The position numbers and the translations under genes were made by a program. A stretch of DNA of 57,311 nucleotides, the filler included, from Asterionella formosa (lineage: Eukaryota): NCBI GenBank assembly GCA_002256025.1. It is 4 parts of 4 records of this genome, joined end to end, with 100 filler letters (N's around TTAATTAATTAA, not from the genome) between each part and the next. Parts side by side here need not be neighbours in the genome. Positions count along the whole stretch, not along the records: positions 43,072 to 57,311 come from NKIB01006138.1; 3 more parts are not named here. The stretch is one strand, 5' to 3'. Positions 50,097 to 57,311 of the stretch are shown here, piece after piece. Numbering within the stretch: the stretch's first letter is position 1; the number at the start of each line of letters is the position of its first letter. The notes beneath the pieces were generated by a model. That model was not told the origin of the DNA. It saw only the letters and a program-made list of their open reading frames with translations, and searched no databases.

Positions 50097-51001
50097 GGAA
50101 AAAGATATTTCGTCCCCCTCTTTTTGATAAACCCTTAAACCCTACTAGCCTACATAATCTTCGTATAAACCACCAATACTTTTTTGCCACACGAATCTTT
50201 GTTGACTCCTCCTCGACACTGCCGTATTAACGCATGCACATCATTGTGTTCGAATTGACTCTGATGCCTCCTCAACCAAAGCTGTCAGAACCTTTTGGGG
50301 ACAATACAGAGGAGGGAGATGAAGATTTATCCGACGTCAATCTAATGGATCAAGTCACATTTGATTCTTGGGAAAATGCATTGAAGCTGTTACCAAGTAT
50401 TATAAGGATATGAACGTGTTTTTGAAGTTGTACAAAGGCAGTGACAGTAGACGAATTATCTTCGGATGCTAGTATCATGGAGGAGTCTATGATGACCGCC
50501 TTGATCTGACTGATGCAACAATTCGTAATGTTAAATAATGTAGGGGAGGGATAAATAAGTGCTGCTGTTATAATTTTCTCTTGAATTCCTCAATCAAGCA
50601 GAAGATGTATTGAATGAACATGAACGTGACAGTTACCCCACATTCCTATCACCAGGCACATGTGCCCTGGCATGATACCATACGTATCAGCTACCCGCTT
50701 TGTCTCCTTGGCCTGTCCTGATCGCTGTTCATAGTCTTCCTACAACTTACTCAGAACATTCTATCCACAAAAGATGCCGAAAATGTGTAAATCGTTGGAA
50801 GGGCAAGCTTTCCCGTGGTTGGAAAGTATTTCTGCTGCCAGTTCCATCATGATTGCAAGTGTCATCAAGCCAACTGAGTTCCGTCTGGCAAAAAAATATT
50901 GGTGGTTTATATGAAGGCTATTGATTATGTAAGATAGGCTACATACATACCGGTAGGGTCTAAGGGTTGATCAAAAAGAGGGGGACGAAATATCTTTTTC
51001 C
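50097..51001. mobile_element. Non-autonomous Mutator-like (MULE) element with long TIRs
   Basis: About 50-bp near-perfect TIR GGAAAAAGATATTTCGTCCCCCTCTTTTTGAT.AACCCTTA.ACCCTAC, extending imperfectly to about 95 bp. Flanks are TATTTTAA and TATTTTTA. An internal decayed peptide (EAVTKYYKDMNVFLKLYKGSDSRRIIFGC) is reminiscent of FAR1-type N-termini. The superfamily is inferred. Confidence 0.7.
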
Positions 51002-51070
51002 TATTTTTATTTCTATAATATATCGGTACATGTATATATTACGTTCAAGGGGCAACTCACCACGAAGTAT

Positions 51071-51226
51071 TAGGCGATAAAATACGAAAATGATCACGTG
51101 ACTACGACATATAGCTGTGCACATGATGCTTTTGCTTTGGCTGTTACTATCACTCCAGCATGTAATAGGCGATAGAATACGAAAATGATCACGTGACTAC
51201 GACAAATACCGCCCTATGCAAATACT
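51071..51226 (-). repeat. Dispersed two-subunit repeat (homolog of 10694-10870)
   Basis: TAGGCGATA.AATACGAAAATGATCACGTGACTACGACA occurs twice. Confidence 0.8.
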
Positions 51227-51359
51227 TTACCAGGAGGTACCATGGTACCAGGTACCTCCTGCATCCACATGCTGATATACTGGGTAGTAGTACATCAACT
51301 GGTACATACATAGGAGCATCATTGGAAACACTGCAGCTTTGGTTTCATTACCATAAGTT

Positions 51360-51980
51360 TCAGATTTAAAAACATAGGGGGAGAGGAAGAGAATCATGCA
51401 AGTAACATGGGTAGACCACATAAGGACCTTCCCACAAATGCTCATACCACTGGACATCAATGTCCTTGACTCTGCCCATTGACCACCCACCATTTACACT
51501 GATAGCTAGAACCTGATGAAGTTCCCCCTGGGTAGGCACTGATATAAGTAGCAGCCCCCTTCCTTATACTGTGCATGCTGATGTTGTTTGATTCAACACC
51601 TCATTCAAATAGCTGTCTTTTCTTGGCTTCTGCTCTAAAATAGATGAAAAATTTTTATATTGATTGGGACCAGGGTATAAGCAACTATTTCCTTTAGCAA
51701 CATTATCAAATCTTCCCAAGTATACACCAAGATAAAATATAGGATACACTACCCACTCAATTGGATTTGCATAAATATGTCTGGAATATGTTGATTGAGT
51801 CCCTTTCTGATCTGTCTTGGTGTTTGCAAAGTATCTATGCAGAGCATTGTCAGTCCACTCCATATGTGACAAGCAGATTTGGCTTGTGTTATTGACCCTG
51901 CAAATCAAATTCCAAGTTAAGGCCAGGAATATTAGGTGACCCCAAATGCGATCACCAGTTCCTAACTCAATGAACCAAGT
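51360..51980 (-). mobile_element. Crypton-like tyrosine recombinase remnant
   Basis: FLALTWNLICRVNNT...HMEWTDNAL..YFANTKTDQKG....RHIYANP....YPIFYLGVY...LYPG, then MHSIRKGAATY (H-x-x-R box), MGRVKD and FVGRSLCGLP in shifted frames. Confidence 0.8.
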
Positions 51981-54169
51981 AGGGGAATGGCTTAATTGGT
52001 TAGCACATCTCGCGGGTACACCTGTATTTCTTTTATGTAGTAGTCCCTAGAGTTCTGGGGGTGAGGCTTACAAAGAGACAGGCACTGTTGTACCATACGG
52101 ATGAATAAACCTGGTACTACTTGTTTCCATTTAAGTGGGCACAAGTGTGATTATTGGATAGTTTTAACATACTATAAAAATTACTAACTTTTAACTCAAT
52201 TAACCAAGTACAAAGGAGGTGATATAGTTGATAATAAAGTTTTTCAGTTTACTAGTATTGATTGAGAGGAAGCAATGGTAGAATGACAAAAAGGCGGGGG
52301 CAAACAACACAGAGGAGCCTAATTTTTCTGCCCAATGATCCCAGACCCTCTTGGATGTCACTTGCTACAGAAAATGGAGAAAAGCCGCCATGATCTGTTG
52401 ATTGTTGCTGTATGGTGCCACTGACCAAAAGCTCCAGAAATCTCAATGAGTTGCTTGTTTCTTGCTTGACTTGAATGCCAAAGGGATCAAAACCATTGGA
52501 AAAAGCAAAAGGGAACTAAAAATTCTCTGCAAACATGAGGTCAATTGTGAAAGAGAAATGAAGGTTCTTGGGAAGGAAAGTAAAGGGAATATTGCTGGTC
52601 TTGCGGGAACAAGAATGGATTGACCCAACAAACAATGTCGACAAATAGGTACCTACCGGAAAAGGAAGCAATGCTTTCGGCATCATCAATCTATACACAA
52701 GCCTGCGCCACCTGATGTCGTCAATATAGCTCCCTTGACTTCATCAATGAAGAATTTGATAGGTGGAGCATGTGAGGAAAATCGGGCTTGAGGTTTTCTT
52801 GACGCCAACGTGCTTGGCTGAACTTGCAGATGAAGGCATTGAATAACCTGAGCCTTTGCAGCAAAAGGATAAAGAAAAATCTATGACAAGGGTGGTGAGA
52901 TAGTGTTTAGGAGCAAGAGTTATCATAGCTGAACGCATTCGAAAATTCGTATAGACAATATATGGTGGCATACCATGGCTGCTCGTGGCTGACAGTTGCC
53001 AAATCAATGTACAAACACAACAAGTGTGCACAAAAGATGGTCCCATTTTAATCGACTGGCTGATACATAGCAGTTTTGAGACTCACCATTCTGAAATGGG
53101 GTGGACTTTGATCATTACTTCGTGCGAAGCACAATCAATTTGAATGCTGTCCAATGAAGCAATGAAAACAATTGTGGCGAAAAAGCGCAGAACAGCCAGA
53201 TCAAGAGATTTCATAGGAATTAAAATAACAGGGCATATATGATGCACTGCTCCTTGTGTAGACTACATTTGATCATTTTCATATTCATATACAGGTGCAT
53301 GGATGACTCCTCCCTTTCATTAGATATCTATGCAGCCATGTTGCGATAATTCTACAAGACCTATAGAATTGGTAGTACCGGTAGTCTGGTGGTCATCATT
53401 ACCGCATTGTATATAACTGTAGGATCATGTATGCATGCATGCTGCGATAATTCTTACAAGACAAAAAAAATTTGGTAGCTTGGGGGTAATCACTTCCGTA
53501 CTGTATACAGCAGGGGGTGGGGGGGGTTGCATGCATGAGCAACAACTTCGGTATAAAGTATGATCTTTAATCAATAAGTTTTGATTCGTTCATCCTATAG
53601 TACCTTTGATCATAACATATTGATCATATGATGAACGGTGTCGTTGATGAGAAAATGAAAGATCAAAATTTATTTTCAGGAATTAGGATCAATTGATCTT
53701 GAAAATTTGATCAAATGATCCTAAACACATGAGGATATTCAGTTTTCCGATGCACTATTGTGGTACTCCCATGAGAGAAGTAATACCCAGCAAGTATACA
53801 GTACTACCGGTAGGCCATGTGAATTTTTCGAATGTATATGGTCAATAATATGTCTATATTCATAAATGAATGATTTAGACCATTTGAAAAATTGGTGATG
53901 ACTCCCGTTTATTCAGGTGCTTAATTAAATCAGCCACTGACTGGTAGGTACAAGAATTGACACAAGATAAATTAAAAAATTCAACAGGTCGTGGAAAACT
54001 ATGAACTCATCATGCATTGTATATATTTGAATTATGTATAATAAAAATTGATGTTAGTATACACAGAATGTGCCATGTAATGACCGTGTTTGAAACTATG
54101 CAAATGTTCAACTATATATACATTTAAACTTACAAATCTTTATATATATGTATACATGGCTGAAACATT

Positions 54170-55505
54170 TGAAATCATGTTTTCATGTTCCTTGTCATGC
54201 ATACACTTTGCTCCTGAAATGAAGGATTATCACACATGATGACGTGGAAAACAAAAGGGATAATACAACACAATGATACTTGCGGCTTAGAAGGAGTGAC
54301 TACGGAGAAGGGCGGAATCAATTGATGGTAAGTCAAGAGCAAATGCTTTTCATGTTTCTTGTCATGCATACAGTTCCTGAAACAAGGAATGATCTCAAGC
54401 AACACATGATGCGAAAAACTGAAGTGACAATACGACATGATCATGATACACCATGCGGCGAAGAAGGAGTGAATATGATGGAGAAGGGCGGAATCAACAA
54501 GCTGTGCATAGTATCACGGCATGTCAAGAGCAAATGCCAAGATAATCAATTGCTGGGATTACAAATACGGAATGACTCGTCCCCTTTCAGTGATTCAATA
54601 GCTCCTTTTCGATTTGGTGGCTGGTCACCCATCAATGTGGACAAAAGAAATCGGTAAGTGCTATCATCATTGGATCAATCCAAAACTGTTAGAAAGACTG
54701 ACACATATGTGTTGCTTCTTTCAGGATAATGGTAGACAAACAGTATTTGTAAGTTACAAACAGCAGTGTTGGAGCCCATTTATTGATCGATACTTTTTTT
54801 TATTCAATCTTCAACTGACACATTCTTTTACAGAAATATGCATCAGTAACTTCCTCAATTTGTGGTAAGTGAAGATAGAAGCGAAATGCATGTTGCTGTG
54901 TGAGCAAAACATGAACAGCTAACAATGAATTGCTTCTCTTTGTTAGTATTGCTGATTGGGATAACAAAACGGATTAAGCAGTAATGGGAAAATGCGTGAA
55001 TGCAAACTCAGATCCGTCAGGAGTAAAAAGAAAGCAGGGGAACAAGGGCAAGGCAACCAGTACAACAACCTTCAGAATGGGATTGGGGGGAAGGTGGAAG
55101 TGAAAGTGGCACCAAAAATCATTGCAATGAGAGCATTGTAGAACATTCTGTAGCCACTTAAGATATAGAATCATAGAACCATTTTTAAATATAGTTCTAA
55201 ATTTCGATCCATTTCATCCTATTTTAGACAGTGATATCGATGAGAATTACGATCATGTTAAGATAGATATATGAAAAAAGTATACACATCATAGGCCCAT
55301 GTTTAACTAATTATATGATGCAATAGTATCATAACTATGATAGTATCATCATACTTCAGTTTCGGTAAAATATTAATAAATCATCATAGTTATAGGATAC
55401 CTTGATCATAGTTTTGATCCAAAAATTATCATATATATGAAAATCCTGTGCCACTTAGCGTACGATACCCTTGATCATATATGCATGATACTTTTTATTT
55501 GCAGA
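54170..55505 (+). repeat. Dispersed repeat, copy B (homologous to about 7380-8625), including two subrepeats of about 170 bp at 54233-54540
   Basis: Shared blocks with copy A. Internally, CACATGATG...GAAGGAGTGA...GGAGAAGGGCGGAATCAA...GTCAAGAGCAAATGC occurs twice. Confidence 0.75.
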
Positions 55506-57290
55506 CGTAGTCCAGAGATCTAAACATAGCCTATCAACTGTTTGGACTTCTTCTTGAATACCCAACATGTGCCCTATGGTTTTCTGCCATTGAGATTGTC
55601 TCGAGGAACCATTTTCCAAAAATTTCGCTTTTGGGCAGAAGTTGTTGATTTCCTTTTTAATACAATGCTCCATTGCTTGGTGCTCTCATCTTCTTTCATA
55701 GCCTCCTTGTAATGCTTTGGCTCCCCAGGATCTGAAACAGGAGTAGTAGAATCTGTATAGAATATCTCTATTCCTTATTCAATACTTTGAAACAGTTCAT
55801 CATTTTCTTGAATGTCCACTTCAGCATAATTATCTCTTCAATTGATTCTTTGTCCTTCTCATCAAGTTGTAAGCTTCACCAAGCAATACATTTACCAGTG
55901 ACTTCTTTCCAACCATCTGGTAATTGCAATTCTCGTTCTGATTTTGTTTTCTTCGAAGCATCTTTACTGATCTCATCATATGAATTCCCATTGCTTCGGA
56001 AAGCTGAAATCGATTTTGTTTCACAAGTGGAACAAATTTATTCAAAACGGTATCCTGGAGAGCTGGTGGCACAACAAGAACAACATCTTCATCCTGTCTA
56101 TCATCCTCAATTGGAATATCAACTATGTCTGTGTCCCCTTCCACATTGAAATCCTTTAAACCTGCAATTGGACTTTTTTGACCCTGCCAATTAGTCCATT
56201 GAATGTTACGACTGTTTCCTAAATTGACTTTATATGTACCACTGATATCTGTGCATAAACATTTGCCCGGTTGAGTAGCCTTGCTCACAGTCACTTTTGG
56301 AACATTTTTCGCCTTAGCCTTAGCTTACGCGCATCCCTCAGCACATGCATCAATAAGACCTGTAATATTAATACTAAGCGATTTCATAGTAGCCTACAAT
56401 GCTCCTTCCCCAACAGCATGAGCTTCATTAATGTCCATACTGGTCAATTTCAGTGTAATGACATCTACAGATAAAATATCACTTCCCCCTGGGTATATTC
56501 CACGAGTTCCTTGGAAAAAGTACCAAACATCAGACTGATCATGTTTGAAATATAGCATCTCAGTTTTCCTCATTTTTGTCAAGGTTATTTTGTTGTGCTT
56601 CATCCTGAGTTTGTATTTACCGTTGCGTACAAAAGTATGAATAGTAATAATTTTTTATGGAAGGTAGGTGTATATAGTGCATTCTGAAGCAAAAGTGTCC
56701 CATTGGTAACTTTGTTTTGCACAGCCACAGACATCTCTGCCTTCCTTGCAAATGACTTCTTTACCATTGCCTTCAACAACATGTACATTGACTTCTTTCA
56801 CATTTGTCATATTCTTATTGCACATAGAAATATGACTGGTAGTGCCTGTATCTGCTAACCAACATTCATTTTCATTACTTGATGTGCAAATTCCACTCTC
56901 ACTAATTTTGATTCTTGCATAACAAGATGATGTGCTTGATTGATTTCTTCATCCACAATTTCAATCATCACTCCAATATATGCATATTCTGTTTCCTCAC
57001 ATGTAGTGTAGACCTTGGTGTCATTATCATGTTCATAATTGAAATTATTCCTTTTGTTTGTAAGTCAAGTCAATTATTTTGAAATCATTATCAGTTTCAT
57101 TCTTTTCTTCAGAATGAATTTCTCTTGTTTCAACAACACCAACGCAATGTGTCCAGCGTACTTGTTGCAATTAAAACTTTTGACACCTTTGCCTTTCGTT
57201 TCCTTGTTTGCACCTGCTGTATTGTTCTTAGCTTTGGAGTCGGCTGCCTTGTGTCCTTGTTTTCCACAATTCTTGCAAAGCCCCTTTGAT
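55506..57290 (-). mobile_element. Heavily deleted Ty1/Copia gag-pol remnant
   Basis: In Copia order: zinc knuckle CKNCGKQGHKAAD, protease WLADTGTTSHI, integrase start TQPGKCLCTDISG, and pre-RT PGEPKHYKEAM...IKKEINNF. Many stops and deletions. Confidence 0.8.
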
Positions 57291-57311
57291 ATTGGTACCA
57301 GGTACCGGTAT

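Noticed and set aside
51982..52060. Functional tRNA gene
   Set aside because: Only the 5' and D-arm-like part is present; there is no T-arm/B-box or matching acceptor stem.

Overview
Eukaryotic genomic scaffold, most likely a diatom. The evidence is short GT-AG introns of 66-99 bp, a bipartite plastid-targeting presequence with an ASAFAP-like site, and stramenopile-type transposon families; the species cannot be determined from sequence alone. Three 100-nt assembly gaps each carry a TTAATTAATTAA linker. Seven intact host genes are supported: an F-box-like protein, a secreted 4xShKT prolyl 4-hydroxylase, a PIP kinase (3 exons), two near-identical tandem secreted His1 LPMO + Cys-rich + hevein/CBM18 genes (3 exons each), an Atg22/UMF1-like MFS transporter, and a plastid-targeted phosphoglucomutase (4 exons). 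The rest is AT-rich DNA dense in decayed transposons: a Gypsy 3' end, two Copia remnants, two Crypton-like tyrosine-recombinase remnants, a pogo-like DDE, three PIF/Harbinger-group elements (one near full length with TIRs and an ACT target-site duplication) and Mutator-like TIR elements with telomere-like motifs. Tandem arrays and GGTACC palindromic tracts are also present. The most notable biology is the duplicated modular LPMO pair. I found no CRISPR array, rRNA or intact tRNA, and no convincing novel multi-gene system. All family calls come from motif recognition by eye, not from database searches.
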